This document shows, in pieces, positions 36,917 to 47,673 of a DNA stretch of 64,000 nt; the stretch's first letter is position 1, and every line of letters begins with the position of its first letter. Under the pieces are notes generated by a model. It was not told where the DNA came from. It searched no databases and was given only the letters and a program-made list of their open reading frames with translations. The position numbers and the translations under genes are program-made. The stretch spans positions 192,001-256,000 of the forward strand of contig CAVPIW010000005.1 of assembly GCA_963705105.1 (NCBI GenBank), written 5' to 3'. Source of the DNA: an uncultured Nitrospiraceae bacterium (GTDB lineage: Bacteria; Nitrospirota; Thermodesulfovibrionia; Thermodesulfovibrionales; Dissulfurispiraceae).

Positions 36917-38248
36917 TCGCAGCTCTCCCTCGCGGCCCACAACGACGATAACGACCCGGTCCGGGTGCAGGTATTTCTGCGCCACCCGCCCGATGTCTTC
37001 CTTAGTCACGGCATTGATATAACCGGCGTAGCGCTCCGGGTAATCGTCGCCGAGTTCGTAGAATTTCACGACGGAGAGGAAATCGGCGACTTTTCGGCTC
37101 GTCTCGAGCCTCCTGGGGAAGCTCCCCGTCAGGTACGATTTCGCATCGGCCAGTTCCTGGTCCGTGACGGGCTCGTTTTTCATTCTTGTCATCTGTCTGA
37201 ATATCTCGCCGATCACCGCCCCTGCGGACTCGTTCTTTGTCTGCACCTCCACATCGAACTGACCGGGTTCCTTGTTGCCGGCAAAGGAACTGTATATGGA
37301 ATAGGTGAGCCCCATTTCGTCGCGCACGATCGACGTGAGACGGGAAGCGAACCCGCCTCCCCCCAGTATGTAGTTCATGACCGCCACGGCGTAGTAATCG
37401 GGATCGCTCCTGGCGATGCCCCTGTGTCCCAGGTGGATGTTCGCCTGGGAGATGTCCCTGTTGACGATGACGATCTTCGGTTCTTTCCGTTCCTTATCAG
37501 CGGGCCTGACGGCCTCTGCCTTGATCGGACTCTCCCGCCCTTTCCATGGGGACAGATATCGATCGAGAAGGTCTTTCAGTTCCTCCTGAGTCACGTCTCC
37601 CACGACGGACAGGACCGCATTGTCCGGCCTGTAATGATCCCTGTAAAAGTTAGCGACGTCATCCCTTGTCAGGGTGTCGATGGTCTCGACGGAGCCCTCG
37701 ACGGGCCTTCCGTAGGGATGATCGCCGAAAACCTCCCTGAGGAATGTCTTTTCAGCCACATAGGAGGGCTCATCCTCCATCCGCTTCAGCGAGCCCTTGA
37801 CGAGCTCCCTTTTTCTCTTCAGTTCCTCTTCGGGAAATGCCGGGTTCAGGAGCACATCGGAGAGGACCTCGAACCCCTTCTGCACGTTTTTTTTCAGCAC
37901 CGAGAGGGAGAGGGTCGAATAGTCCTTCGTCGCCGATGCGTCGAGGTCGGCCCCGATGAACTCGATTTCCTGGCTGATCTGAAGGGACGACCGTGTCGAG
38001 GTCCCCTCGGTCATCATGTGAGAGGTCATGGAGGCGACTCCGGCCTTGCCGGGAAGCTCGTCAAGAGGCGACGCCTTGATCAGGAGAGAAACCATGACGA
38101 CGGGGAGGTTGTGCCGCTCGCTGTGATAAACGACGAGGCCGTTCGGGAGGGTCTTGCGCGCGAAATCGAGGGAATACCCTTCGCCGGCCGGGACGAGAAA
38201 AACGATGACCGTGAAGAAAAGCAGGACGATTTTCTGACGGAGACTCAT
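36881..38248 (-). CDS. M16B peptidase, non-catalytic subunit
   Basis: LPNGL, lacks HxxEH, NYILGGGGFASRL, GLTYSI; signal peptide. Confidence 0.85.
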   Translation of the reverse strand: MSLRQKIVLLFFTVIVFLVPAGEGYSLDFARKTLPNGLVVYHSERHNLPVVMVSLLIKASPLDELPGKAGVASMTSHMMTEGTSTRSSLQISQEIEFIGADLDASATKDYSTLSLSVLKKNVQKGFEVLSDVLLNPAFPEEELKRKRELVKGSLKRMEDEPSYVAEKTFLREVFGDHPYGRPVEGSVETIDTLTRDDVANFYRDHYRPDNAVLSVVGDVTQEELKDLLDRYLSPWKGRESPIKAEAVRPADKERKEPKIVIVNRDISQANIHLGHRGIARSDPDYYAVAVMNYILGGGGFASRLTSIVRDEMGLTYSIYSSFAGNKEPGQFDVEVQTKNESAGAVIGEIFRQMTRMKNEPVTDQELADAKSYLTGSFPRRLETSRKVADFLSVVKFYELGDDYPERYAGYINAVTKEDIGRVAQKYLHPDRVVIVVVGREGELRLADLEALKKVQ

Positions 38249-39567
38249 TGCGCACCCCCTTCCTTCTTCACGGGGATGAGTACGGCGACGGTCCTGTTCC
38301 CGGGAGTGAAGTACTTCTTCGCCACCCTCTGGAGATCTCCGGCACTGACGGCCCGAATCCCCCGGAGATAACCTTCCTTGAGACGCCAGTCGCCCATCAT
38401 TTCGAACATGCCCGTGTAGAGCGCCTGCGCGTAGTTGGAGTCCTGGGCGAAAACGAAGGAGGCCTCAGTCTGGTTCTTCGCCTTCTCAACCTCCTGTTCC
38501 GCCGGCGCCTCGGCGATGATCCCGGCCACCTCATCATAAATCGCCTGCTCGACCGCTGCCGCATCTTTACCCGGCGCTGATGTGCCCCCGAGGATGAAGA
38601 GGAAGGGGTCTCTGTGTATGCCGCTGTAGTCTGCGAAGGCGCTGAGGGCTATTCTCTTTTCGTACACGAGGCTCCTGTATAGCCTGGAACTCTTCCCTCC
38701 CGAGAGGACCGTGGACAGCACGTCGAGGGCGTAGCTGTCGTCGTCGGGAATGCTCGGCACATGGTAGGCGATGAGAACATAGGGGAGCTCCGCCTCTTTC
38801 CTCAGAAGGATCCTCTTTTCGCCGCGCTGCTGCGGCTCCTTCGTCCGAACCGCCGCAACGGGATCCGCCGTCCGGCTGATGCCGCCGAAGGCTTTTCTGA
38901 TCCGGGCGAGTATGTCGTCCGGGTCGACGTCTCCTGAAACGACGATGAAAGCGTTCTGCGGCGCATAATGCTTTTTGTAATAGCCGAGGAGGTCGTCGCG
39001 CCCGATGGAAGAGATGTCGGACATCCACCCGATCACGGGACGCCGGTACGGGTGGGCCTTGAGCGCCGTGGCGACGAGTTCCTCATAGAGCAGGTTCTGG
39101 GGATCGTCCTCGTAACGCATGCGGCGCTCCTCCATGACCACATTCCGCTCCGACGCCACGTCCTTTTCGTTCAGGAGAAGGTTCGTCATCCGATCCGCCT
39201 CAAGCTCTATCGAGATGTCGATCCTGTCGGACGCCAAAGTCTGGAAGTACATGGTGTAGTCCTTCGTGGTGAAGGCGTTGTCGGAGCCGCCGTTCCTCTG
39301 GACGATGTTCGAGAAGACCTTCGAGCCGTACCGCGTCGTCCCCTTGAACATCATGTGCTCCAGCAGGTGGCTGATACCTGACTTTCCCTCCGGTTCATCC
39401 CGGGACCCCACGCGGTACCAGACCTGAAAGGTTGCCAGGGGCGCCTTCCGGTCCTGGATGACGAGCACCTTGAGCCCGTTCTCGAGCCGGTACTCCTGCA
39501 CCGCCGCGTCAGGAACGGCGGGAATCAGCAGCAGCAAGATCAAAACGACAAGCAAACGGATCATCAT
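38245..39567 (-). CDS. M16B peptidase, catalytic subunit
   Basis: HLLEHMMFKGT, NAFT, EERRMR; signal peptide. Confidence 0.9.
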   Translation of the reverse strand: MMIRLLVVLILLLLIPAVPDAAVQEYRLENGLKVLVIQDRKAPLATFQVWYRVGSRDEPEGKSGISHLLEHMMFKGTTRYGSKVFSNIVQRNGGSDNAFTTKDYTMYFQTLASDRIDISIELEADRMTNLLLNEKDVASERNVVMEERRMRYEDDPQNLLYEELVATALKAHPYRRPVIGWMSDISSIGRDDLLGYYKKHYAPQNAFIVVSGDVDPDDILARIRKAFGGISRTADPVAAVRTKEPQQRGEKRILLRKEAELPYVLIAYHVPSIPDDDSYALDVLSTVLSGGKSSRLYRSLVYEKRIALSAFADYSGIHRDPFLFILGGTSAPGKDAAAVEQAIYDEVAGIIAEAPAEQEVEKAKNQTEASFVFAQDSNYAQALYTGMFEMMGDWRLKEGYLRGIRAVSAGDLQRVAKKYFTPGNRTVAVLIPVKKEGGAQ

Positions 39568-39610
39568 TACTCCCCTTTCAGGTCAAGAGTCATTAAGTCA
39601 TTACATTGGC

Positions 39611-39840
39611 GACCAAAATAACGTAACACGAGGACAGGGCATGCTTTCTTCGCAAAATAAACTCCCTTTCCTCATGTGCATGTCTCTGTTACGAAAACCT
39701 TTACCTTCTCCGGCACACTGTGCGGCTCCCGCTGCGGCTTCGCCTTCGACTCCCGCCGCCGCTCACGGTACCCGTGAATTTTGCTTCAGAAACCACACCC
39801 TATCCTCGCTTCCGGGGTCTCACCGCAACTCATTTTGGCA
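39611..39840. mobile_element. MITE-like element family A, copy 3 (reverse)
   Basis: CCCGTGAATTTTGCTTCAGAAACCACACCCTATCCTC core; decayed TIRs. Confidence 0.8.
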
Positions 39841-39861
39841 ACCGCGCTACGAAGACCGGGC

Positions 39862-40030
39862 GGGGAGGCTGATGTGGTGAAAAGCCTTTCCGCTAAGATA
39901 CCTTATTCGTCACCAGACCACACTTTGCCGTGTCGATCGATACCAAATGCCCGTCAGGCAGCAAGCGCTCAACACATCGATATGTCTCATCATCGCATTG
40001 GAAAGGCTTTGAACCATATCTGCCTTCCCC
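39862..40030. mobile_element. MITE-like element family D, free-standing copy
   Basis: About 30-bp imperfect TIR GG.AGGCTGATGTGGTGAAAAGCCTTTCC / GGAAAGGCTTTGAACCATATCTGCCTTCCC. Confidence 0.8.
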
Positions 40031-40078
40031 CCCAGCATCTTGACCTTATGAATGAACTCCTTTCACTGACACCGTGCT

Positions 40079-41755
40079 TTACTCCTGATCCCCCAGCAGC
40101 TCCCCCGCGTGTTTCAACGACCCCTCCGTAAACCGTCCGCTCAACATGCGCGCAATCTCCCTCTTCCTGTCCTCGCCGGTGACGACGCTGATCTCCACGG
40201 AGACGCGCTGTTCATCGACGGCCTTGTCGATCTTCAGGTGATGGTCGGCCAGTGCGGCGATCTGGGGAAGGTGGGTGATGCACAACACCTGGTAGCCTCG
40301 GGAGAGCGCCTTGAGCCTGTTGCCCACATGCTGGGCCGTCACCCCGCCGACTCCCGCGTCGACTTCGTCAAAGATAAGGGTCTTGCCTCCGGGAACACCT
40401 TCCCCGGCCGGTGTCCGGCGGGGATCGGCGGTCTCAATGCATTTCATGGCGAGCATGATCCTTGAGAGCTCACCGCCCGAGGCGACCCTGATCAGCGGTT
40501 TCGGCGGCTCTCCCGGATTGGCCGAGAAGAGGAACTCCACATCATCCAGCCCTGTCTCGCCGATAATGTCCTTCGTCGAGATATGGACCTGAAAATCGGC
40601 TTTCTGGAAACCCAGTTCCCGGAGTTCCCTGATCACCATTACCCCGAGCGCATCAGCCCGTTCCCGCCTCCGCCGCGAGACATCGCCGGCGAGGGCTTTC
40701 TGCCTGTCTTCCACGCGACGGAGTTCCTCCTCCCATGTGCCGATCTGTTCATCCACATGGTCGAGCTGGTCACGCTCCTCCGCGGCTCTTGCGCGGAAGG
40801 CAAGGATCGCCGCGTTCGATTCACCGTACTTCTTCTCCAGTCTCCTGAGCAGAGAAAGCCGCTCCTCGATCTCGTCAAGTCTTCCGGGGTCCTCTTCATA
40901 GCGGTCCTTCAGGGAGCGAAGCCCGAGCGAGGCTTCCTCGACGAGAGGCAGGGCCGACTCGGTGATCGCAAGGATCTCCGCCGCCGCAGGGTCGATGGAC
41001 GCCATTTCCCTGATTCTGCCGATGGAGGCTGAGAGCTGACCGAGGCAGGAACTCTCCGCCCCGTAGAGCGACCGGTATGCCGATTCGGCGGCATCCCTGA
41101 GCCTGCCGAGGTTGACGAGGATCGCCCTTTCTTCGACGAGGGCCTCCTTTTCCCCTTCCCTGAGGTCCGCCGCGTCGATCTCGCCGATCTGGAACTCGAG
41201 GAAGTCTCTCTTCTGCGACCGTTCACGGAGGTCTTCACGGGCGGCACTGACCCGTTCCCTCAGTGCGGAGGCCTCACCGTAGAGCGCCCTGAGGGCACTG
41301 ACATCGTCTCCAAGGCCGCTGAACGCGTCAAGGAAGGACAGGTGGCTTTCTCTTTTCAGCAGGCCCTGGTGCTCATGCTGGCCATGAATATCAACGAGGC
41401 TGCTGCCGAGGGCCGAAAGGGTCTGCAGGCTGATGGGAGTATCGTTCGCGTAGGCCCTCCCCTTGCCCTGGGCGGAGATGATCCTCCTGAGGATGATGCC
41501 GTCGCCGTCATCGATGCCGAGAGACTGCAGCGCGATGTGTCCCGTGTTGTCGAAGGACGCCTCGATGTGCATCTCCCTTTCGCCCGAGCGTATCATGCCG
41601 GGAGATGCCCTTTCCCCGAGCATGAGCCCGAGGGCGTCGACGACAACGGACTTGCCGGTCCCCGTTTCGCCTGTGAGAATATTCAGCCCCTCCCTGAACT
41701 GGACGGTCAGGCTATCGATGATCGTGAAGTTCTTGATTCTCAGTTCACGGAGCAT
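40079..41755 (-). CDS. recN: DNA repair protein RecN
   Basis: TGETGTGKS, HGQHEHQ, ASGGELSRIML, FDEVDAG, ITHLPQIA. Confidence 0.95.
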   Translation of the reverse strand: MLRELRIKNFTIIDSLTVQFREGLNILTGETGTGKSVVVDALGLMLGERASPGMIRSGEREMHIEASFDNTGHIALQSLGIDDGDGIILRRIISAQGKGRAYANDTPISLQTLSALGSSLVDIHGQHEHQGLLKRESHLSFLDAFSGLGDDVSALRALYGEASALRERVSAAREDLRERSQKRDFLEFQIGEIDAADLREGEKEALVEERAILVNLGRLRDAAESAYRSLYGAESSCLGQLSASIGRIREMASIDPAAAEILAITESALPLVEEASLGLRSLKDRYEEDPGRLDEIEERLSLLRRLEKKYGESNAAILAFRARAAEERDQLDHVDEQIGTWEEELRRVEDRQKALAGDVSRRRRERADALGVMVIRELRELGFQKADFQVHISTKDIIGETGLDDVEFLFSANPGEPPKPLIRVASGGELSRIMLAMKCIETADPRRTPAGEGVPGGKTLIFDEVDAGVGGVTAQHVGNRLKALSRGYQVLCITHLPQIAALADHHLKIDKAVDEQRVSVEISVVTGEDRKREIARMLSGRFTEGSLKHAGELLGDQE

Positions 41756-41782
41756 GGCAGGAATGAACGTATCGGCAGGGTT

Positions 41783-42150
41783 TACCTCACAGTTGCATGA
41801 AAAGGCGGGACAAAGTGCCTCAAAGCCTTGCTGATAGCGACATTGATCATTTCATTCCATATGCTGTTCCGCCGGGAAGGCAGATATGGTTCAACGCCTT
41901 TCCAATGCGATGATGAGACATCTCAAGATGTTCAGCGCCTGTTGCCTGACAGAATTTTGGCATCAATAGACACGGCAAAGTGTGGTCTGGTGATGAATAA
42001 GGTATCTTAGCGGAAAGGCTTTTCACCACATCAGCCTTCCCTTCGCGTGTGTTTATCATCTGGATCCTGTTTGTTGTCTACCGTCTACTGTCTAATTTTT
42101 CGTGGCATCTTCGCCCCGCCTTTCCGGAAGGCCTGTGCAACGATGAGGTT
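41783..42150. mobile_element. Composite MITE: family B ends enclosing a family D element (41874-42041)
   Basis: B left end CAGTTGCATGAAAAGGCGG..CTGATAGCGA, D element, B right end GGCATCTTCGCCCCGCCTTTCC. Confidence 0.8.
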
Positions 42151-42153
42151 CGG

Positions 42154-43413
42154 TCAGTGCGAACTTGAGTCGAGGAGCCCCTTGAACTCCCCCTGGTCCA
42201 GAGGACCGTAGACGGCGACGCTCATCTTCCCCGCGTTCACCAGGCGGTGGACGAGGTCCCGCATCTGCTCCATGCTCACGGCGTCGATCCCACGCATGAT
42301 CTCCTTCTGGGAGAAATAGCGGCCGTAATATATCTCCTGGCGGGCGATGCTCTGCATCCTGTTGCTCGTCGACTCGAGACCGAGAATGATGTTGCCCTTC
42401 AGCTGGTCCTTCGCCCTCTTCAGCTCTTCATCCGTCATGGTGTCAGCGAGGCCCCTCATTTCCCTGACGATCATTTCGATGACCGTTTTCGCCCTCTTCT
42501 TTCCCGTGCCGGCATATACGGTCCAATACCCCGTATCGACATAGGAAGAAACGAAGGAGTAGATCGAATAGGCATAGCCCTTTTTCTCCCGTATCTCCTG
42601 GAAGAGGCGGGAACTGACACTTGACCCGAGAATGCAGTTGAGGAGCGCAAGGCAGTACCTCTCCTCGCTTGCGTGAGGGAGGCCCTCGACACCGCAGCAG
42701 AAGTGGATTTCCGACAGGTCCTTGGGATAGACGGCGACCTGGCTGACGAAGGACGGCGGCGTGAGAGTCCTCGGCTCCGAGCCCCTGCGGAGATCTCCCA
42801 GGTGATGGTTGAGTATCCGGACGATCTCTTCAGGATCGAAGTTGCCGGCGCAGCCGATGACGGTGTCCGCCGTGCCGTAATATTTCCTGACATGTCCGAC
42901 CAGGTCGTCGCGGGTGAGCGTCCTTACCGTCTCCCGCCTGCCGAGAACGGACTGGCCGAGACCTGAATCGCCCCAGATGGTTTTATTGAAGAGGTCATGG
43001 ATGTAATCATCGGGCGTATCCTCGACGAGTTTGATCTCTTCCTTGATGACGCCCTTTTCCTTTTCGACCTCTTCTTCGGCGAGGGTGGAGTGAAGAAAGA
43101 TATCGGCGAGCAGCTCGACACCCTTGGCGACATACTCGTCGAGGACTTTGACATAAAAGGCGGTATTCTCCCGTGATGTGAAGGCGTTCAGATCGCCGCC
43201 GAGGGAATCGATCGCAAAGGCGATGTCCGTGGCGCTCCGTTTTTTCGTCCCCTTGAAAAACATGTGCTCAAGGAAATGGGACGTGCCGTTCTTTTCGGAG
43301 GGTTCGTTGCGGGAGCCGACCTTGACCCATATCCCGACAATGGCGGAGCGGAAGTTCTTCAACTGCTCCATCACGATGGGAATGCCGTTGTCGAGATGGC
43401 GCTTCGTGAACAT
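42154..43413 (-). CDS. Cytoplasmic M16 zinc protease
   Basis: HFLEHMFFKGT, SSRLFQEIREKKGYAYS; conserved position after pnp. Confidence 0.9.
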   Translation of the reverse strand: MFTKRHLDNGIPIVMEQLKNFRSAIVGIWVKVGSRNEPSEKNGTSHFLEHMFFKGTKKRSATDIAFAIDSLGGDLNAFTSRENTAFYVKVLDEYVAKGVELLADIFLHSTLAEEEVEKEKGVIKEEIKLVEDTPDDYIHDLFNKTIWGDSGLGQSVLGRRETVRTLTRDDLVGHVRKYYGTADTVIGCAGNFDPEEIVRILNHHLGDLRRGSEPRTLTPPSFVSQVAVYPKDLSEIHFCCGVEGLPHASEERYCLALLNCILGSSVSSRLFQEIREKKGYAYSIYSFVSSYVDTGYWTVYAGTGKKRAKTVIEMIVREMRGLADTMTDEELKRAKDQLKGNIILGLESTSNRMQSIARQEIYYGRYFSQKEIMRGIDAVSMEQMRDLVHRLVNAGKMSVAVYGPLDQGEFKGLLDSSSH

Positions 43414-43475
43414 GGATAGCGGGTCTCCTTCCCCTTACGGTGTGATATGCAGGCTGTAGGAAGAGGTTCCCCGGG

Positions 43476-45605
43476 TTACTGGTCCTGGCGTTTTCCCTTG
43501 CCCTCTTTGAGGGCCTCTTTCCTGCTCAGTCTCATCTTGCCCTGATTGTCGATCTCGAGGACCTTGACGACCACTTCGTCCCCGAGGTTGATCTCGTCCG
43601 TCACCTTGGCGATCCTCCTGTCGGCGATCTGAGAGATGTGCAGCAGACCCTCGACGCCGGGGATGATCTCGACGAAAGCGCCGAAATCCATGATCCTCTT
43701 CACCTTGCCCGTGTAGAGCTTGCCCACTTCCGCCTCGGCGACGATGCCGCTGATGATATCCATGGCCTTCTTCGCCGATTCTTCGTCCGGCGATGCGATG
43801 TTGATGAGACCGGAGTCGTCGATGTCGATCTTCACGCCCGTCTGGTCGATGATGCCGCGGATTACCTTACCGCCCGTCCCGATGACGTCCCTGATCTTTT
43901 CCTGCCTGATCTGCATGACGAAGATCCTCGGCGCGTGGGGGGAGAGCTGCGTGCGCGGCGCCGCGAGCACCTCATTCATCTTGTCGATAATGAAGAGCCT
44001 GCCTTTCCGGGCCTGCTCGAGGGCGTCCTTCATGATCCCGTGCGTGACCCCTCCGATCTTCACATCCATCTGGAATGCCGTGATGCCGTCCCTCGTCCCG
44101 GCGACCTTGAAGTCCATATCTCCGAGGTGGTCCTCGAGACCGAGGATGTCAGTAAGAACGACGACACGTTCGCCCTCCTTGATGAGTCCCATGGCGATGC
44201 CGGCAACAGGTTTCTGGATGGGAACGCCGCCGTCCATGAGCGAAAGGGTGGCGCCGCAGACCGTGGCCATCGATGAAGAACCGTTCGACTCGAGGATGTC
44301 CGAAACGATCCTGATCGTATAGGGAAAAGCCTCTTTCGAGGGAATGACATACTTGATCGCCCGCTCCGCCAGCGATCCGTGACCGATCTCGCGGCGTCCG
44401 GGCGAACGGAGCGGCTTCACCTCGCCGACGCTGAAGGGCGGAAAGTTGTAATGGAGCATGAAGGTCTTATACATCTCACCTTCAAGCGCGTCGATCTTCT
44501 GTTCGTCCTCCGACGTACCGAGGGTCGTGACGACGAGGGCCTGCGTCTCACCCCTGATGAAAAGGGCCGATCCGTGGACGCGGGGAAGAATGCTCACCAT
44601 GCCGGAAATGTGCCGGATCTCGTCGAACCTTCGTCCGTCCGCCCTGATCCCTTCTTCGAGAATCATCGTCCGCACGATCTCTTTCTCGAAATCTTCGGCC
44701 ATGGTGACGACTTCCCTCGTCAAGTCCTTGTTGGCGTCCTGGTAGTACTGTTCCCGCTTTTCGGGAACGTTGAGATGAGCGACGACATCCTTGAGGATGG
44801 CCGTGATCGCGTCCTGGCGCTGTTGTTTTCCGGGGATCCTGATGGCATCGTGAAGGCGTTCCCGGATGAAGGCCCTTACCTCATCCCTCAACTCGGTCCT
44901 TTCGACGGGCGGCTCGACAACCCTCTTCGGCCTGCCCGCGAGATCCCGAAGTTCCCGCTGGGCGGCCACAATCCGCTTGATCTCCTCATGGGCACGGGAG
45001 ATCGCTTCGAGAAGGACGTCCTCCGTCGTTTCGCCGCCGCCGCCTTCCACCATGATGACGGCTTCATCCGTCCCGGCGACAACGAGATTGAGATCGATCT
45101 GCTCCACCTGTGAAAGGTCGGGATTGATGATCAGTTCCCCGTCGAGACGTCCGATCCTGACGGCGCCGACAGGTCCGTCAAAGGGAATGTCGGAGATGTG
45201 AATCGCCGCAGACATCCCGATAATGCCGAGGATATCGGAAATATTCTCCGTCCCGTAGGAGAGGACCGAGACGATGCCCTGGGTCTCGCAGTAGAATCCT
45301 TTCGGAAAGAGCGGCCTCATGGGCCGGTCGATAAGGCGGGAGGTGAGCACCTCCTTTTCGGACGGTCTTCCTTCCCTCTTAAAAAAACCGCCGGGGATTT
45401 TTCCGGCGGCATAGGTCTTTTCCTGGTAATCGATCGTCAAGGGAAAGAAGTCAAGCCCTTCCTTCGCTTTCTTGGACGCCACGGCCGTCGCCAGCACAAC
45501 GGTATCCCCATACGTCAGCACGACAGCCCCGTCGGACTGCCTCGCCATTCTGCCGGTCTCTATGAGCAGGCGTTTTCCATCAATCTCAATCTCTGCACTC
45601 GTCAT
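43476..45605 (-). CDS. pnp: Polyribonucleotide nucleotidyltransferase
   Basis: FFPLTIDYQEK, RREIGHG, SNGSSSMA, GDMDFKVAG, KH and S1 domains. Confidence 0.98.
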   Translation of the reverse strand: MTSAEIEIDGKRLLIETGRMARQSDGAVVLTYGDTVVLATAVASKKAKEGLDFFPLTIDYQEKTYAAGKIPGGFFKREGRPSEKEVLTSRLIDRPMRPLFPKGFYCETQGIVSVLSYGTENISDILGIIGMSAAIHISDIPFDGPVGAVRIGRLDGELIINPDLSQVEQIDLNLVVAGTDEAVIMVEGGGGETTEDVLLEAISRAHEEIKRIVAAQRELRDLAGRPKRVVEPPVERTELRDEVRAFIRERLHDAIRIPGKQQRQDAITAILKDVVAHLNVPEKREQYYQDANKDLTREVVTMAEDFEKEIVRTMILEEGIRADGRRFDEIRHISGMVSILPRVHGSALFIRGETQALVVTTLGTSEDEQKIDALEGEMYKTFMLHYNFPPFSVGEVKPLRSPGRREIGHGSLAERAIKYVIPSKEAFPYTIRIVSDILESNGSSSMATVCGATLSLMDGGVPIQKPVAGIAMGLIKEGERVVVLTDILGLEDHLGDMDFKVAGTRDGITAFQMDVKIGGVTHGIMKDALEQARKGRLFIIDKMNEVLAAPRTQLSPHAPRIFVMQIRQEKIRDVIGTGGKVIRGIIDQTGVKIDIDDSGLINIASPDEESAKKAMDIISGIVAEAEVGKLYTGKVKRIMDFGAFVEIIPGVEGLLHISQIADRRIAKVTDEINLGDEVVVKVLEIDNQGKMRLSRKEALKEGKGKRQDQ

Positions 45606-45672
45606 GAACGTCTCTTCCCCTTCTGTATTATTGGATGTGTGGTACCTGGTCGGGTACTTGCCGTGAAGGCGG

Positions 45673-45942
45673 CTATTTTCTGAGTCCGAGGCGCTCGATG
45701 ATCTTTTCGTAGCGGGACTTGTCCGATGTCCTGAGATACAGGAGGAGCTTCTTCCTCATCGCGACGAGCTTGAGCAGCCCTCTCCTTGAATGGTGGTCCT
45801 TTTTATGGGTTTTGAAATGATCGGTCAGGTAATTGATCCTCTCCGTCAGAAGAGCGATCTGCACTTCAGGAGAACCTGTATCCTTTTCATGAATCTTGTA
45901 TGATTCGATAATTTCCCTTTTCTTGTCCGTAATGAGAGCCAT
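45673..45942 (-). CDS. rpsO: 30S ribosomal protein S15
   Basis: [23 protein letters not shown]. Confidence 0.98.
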   Translation of the reverse strand: MALITDKKREIIESYKIHEKDTGSPEVQIALLTERINYLTDHFKTHKKDHHSRRGLLKLVAMRKKLLLYLRTSDKSRYEKIIERLGLRK

Positions 45943-46183
45943 CCATGCACCACCTTTCTGCGTAATAACCGGTCATTCCGGCGTGAAGCACTGTCAATGA
46001 AACGCTAAAATCATTGTCTTTCAGAATATTAGGTTAGCATATGTCCCGAAGCCCTGTAAAGGTTCCCCGGCGGGACCATCCTTGATCTAAGTCAATGACG
46101 CCGGTCACGCGCAGCAGGCATACTTGAACATGTACGCTGACCCATGCTTCGCAGACGGTCGGCATTCCGGAGGTGAAGAGAAC

Positions 46184-46726
46184 ATGATCGGGACGTACTT
46201 CGAAAAAATGAAAGGCGGCGCCAAGGTCCCTCCCGGCCTGCCCCTTCCGGAAGTGCTCTGGTCATGGCTCGGCGCCTTCACCGGCATCGGACTCTGCGGT
46301 TATCTCTCGGCGCTGTATTTCGAGCCGCGAGACCTGACGCTCATAATCGGCTCCTTCGGCGCCTCGGCGGTCCTCATTTACGGCGCCGTCAGGAGTCCTT
46401 TCGCCCAGCCGAGAAACCTCATCGGCGGCCATGTCATCTCGGCTCTCATCGGTGTGGCCTGCTTCAAACTTTTCGGTGAAACGCCGTGGATCGCCTCGGC
46501 CTTTGCCGTCTCCTTGGCCATTGCTGCCATGCTCGTGACGAAGACGGTTCACCCGCCCGGCGGCGCCACGGCCCTCATAGCAGTCGTCGGGGGCAGGAAG
46601 ATTCAGGACCTCGGTTTTCTCTATGCCTTCATCCCCGCAGGCGCCGGCGCCCTCGTTCTCCTGATCATGGCGCTTCTCGTGAACAACCTCTCGAAAAACC
46701 GGAGATACCCGGACTACTGGATATAG
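46184..46726 (+). CDS. HPP family membrane protein
   Basis: SFGASAVL, PFAQPRNLIGGH, HPPGGATAL. Confidence 0.9.
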   Translation: MIGTYFEKMKGGAKVPPGLPLPEVLWSWLGAFTGIGLCGYLSALYFEPRDLTLIIGSFGASAVLIYGAVRSPFAQPRNLIGGHVISALIGVACFKLFGETPWIASAFAVSLAIAAMLVTKTVHPPGGATALIAVVGGRKIQDLGFLYAFIPAGAGALVLLIMALLVNNLSKNRRYPDYWI

Positions 46727-46759
46727 TTGCATATAAAGTCACCAAAAGGAGGAATCATC

Positions 46760-47077
46760 ATGGCAGACGTGCTCGATCTGAAAAAGCTCATCACCTTTCA
46801 TCCCGACAAAATCTACAGGGAGATGCTCTCGGACAAACCGGAGATGCGCATCGCCCTCATGTGCCTCAAGGCGGGTCAGAAGCTCGATCCTCACAAGGCG
46901 CCGCTGAGGCTCCTCATGTACTGCGTCGGGGGGAAAGGCACCTTCACCGTGGGAGACGAGAAAATCGAGGCCGACGAAAAGACGTGCATCCTCTGCGATC
47001 CAATGGTACCTCACGGCTTCGCAGCGGACAGGGGGGACAACCTCGTCGTCATGGCCGTCGTGACGCCCGTCGAATAA
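46760..47077 (+). CDS. Cupin domain protein
   Basis: GQKLDPH, GKGTFTVG, PHGF; AGGAGG RBS. Confidence 0.85.
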   Translation: MADVLDLKKLITFHPDKIYREMLSDKPEMRIALMCLKAGQKLDPHKAPLRLLMYCVGGKGTFTVGDEKIEADEKTCILCDPMVPHGFAADRGDNLVVMAVVTPVE

Positions 47078-47126
47078 TCGCATCATTCACTCCGACCTCT
47101 CCCCCTCCTCGCCCCAGAGGAGGGGA

Positions 47127-47484
47127 AACCTTATCGTTGCATGAAAAGGCGGGGCGAAGCGCTCTGAAAAACAGTGTCGGTGTCAGTGTGAGTGTCGGTG
47201 TCACTACCGCTGCCTCAGGGAAGGCAGATATGGTTCAAAGCCTTTCCAATGCGATGATGAGACACCTCAAGATGTTCAGCGCCTGTTGCCTGACGGGCTT
47301 TTTGCATCAATAGACACGGCAAAGTGTGGTCCGGTGATGAATAAGGTATCTTAGCGGAAAGGCTTTTCACCACATCAGCCTTCCCTTCGCGCGTGTTTGT
47401 CATCTGGATCCTGTTTGTTGTCTACCGTCTGCTGTCTAATTTTTCGTGGCATCTTCGCCCCGCCTTTGCAGGTAACGATAAGGG
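47127..47484. mobile_element. Composite MITE: family B ends enclosing a family D element (47218-47385)
   Basis: Right two-thirds near-identical to 41874-42123; left arm replaced by GTGTC hexamer repeats. Confidence 0.8.
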
Positions 47485-47673
47485 GAACTCACCCGGAAAG
47501 GCGTATGCAATGACAATGTCTGTTTTGCGCTCTTTGCGGCTTTGCGTGAGATAATATGTCGTATTGAAGCGACGCATCGCGGGGCCGCCCTTGAATCGCC
47601 CTCTTTGTGTACGGTATCATGATGTTTGTTCCATAGCCGTTTTTCAGGTCCACATATACAGGGAGCACATCCA

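Noticed and set aside
36881..43413. Three M16 peptidases as a novel system
   Set aside because: The exported M16B pair and the pnp-linked M16 gene are both common arrangements.
45943..46030. Possible S15 autoregulatory leader upstream of rpsO
   Set aside because: Position fits, but I could not recognise a known structure by eye.
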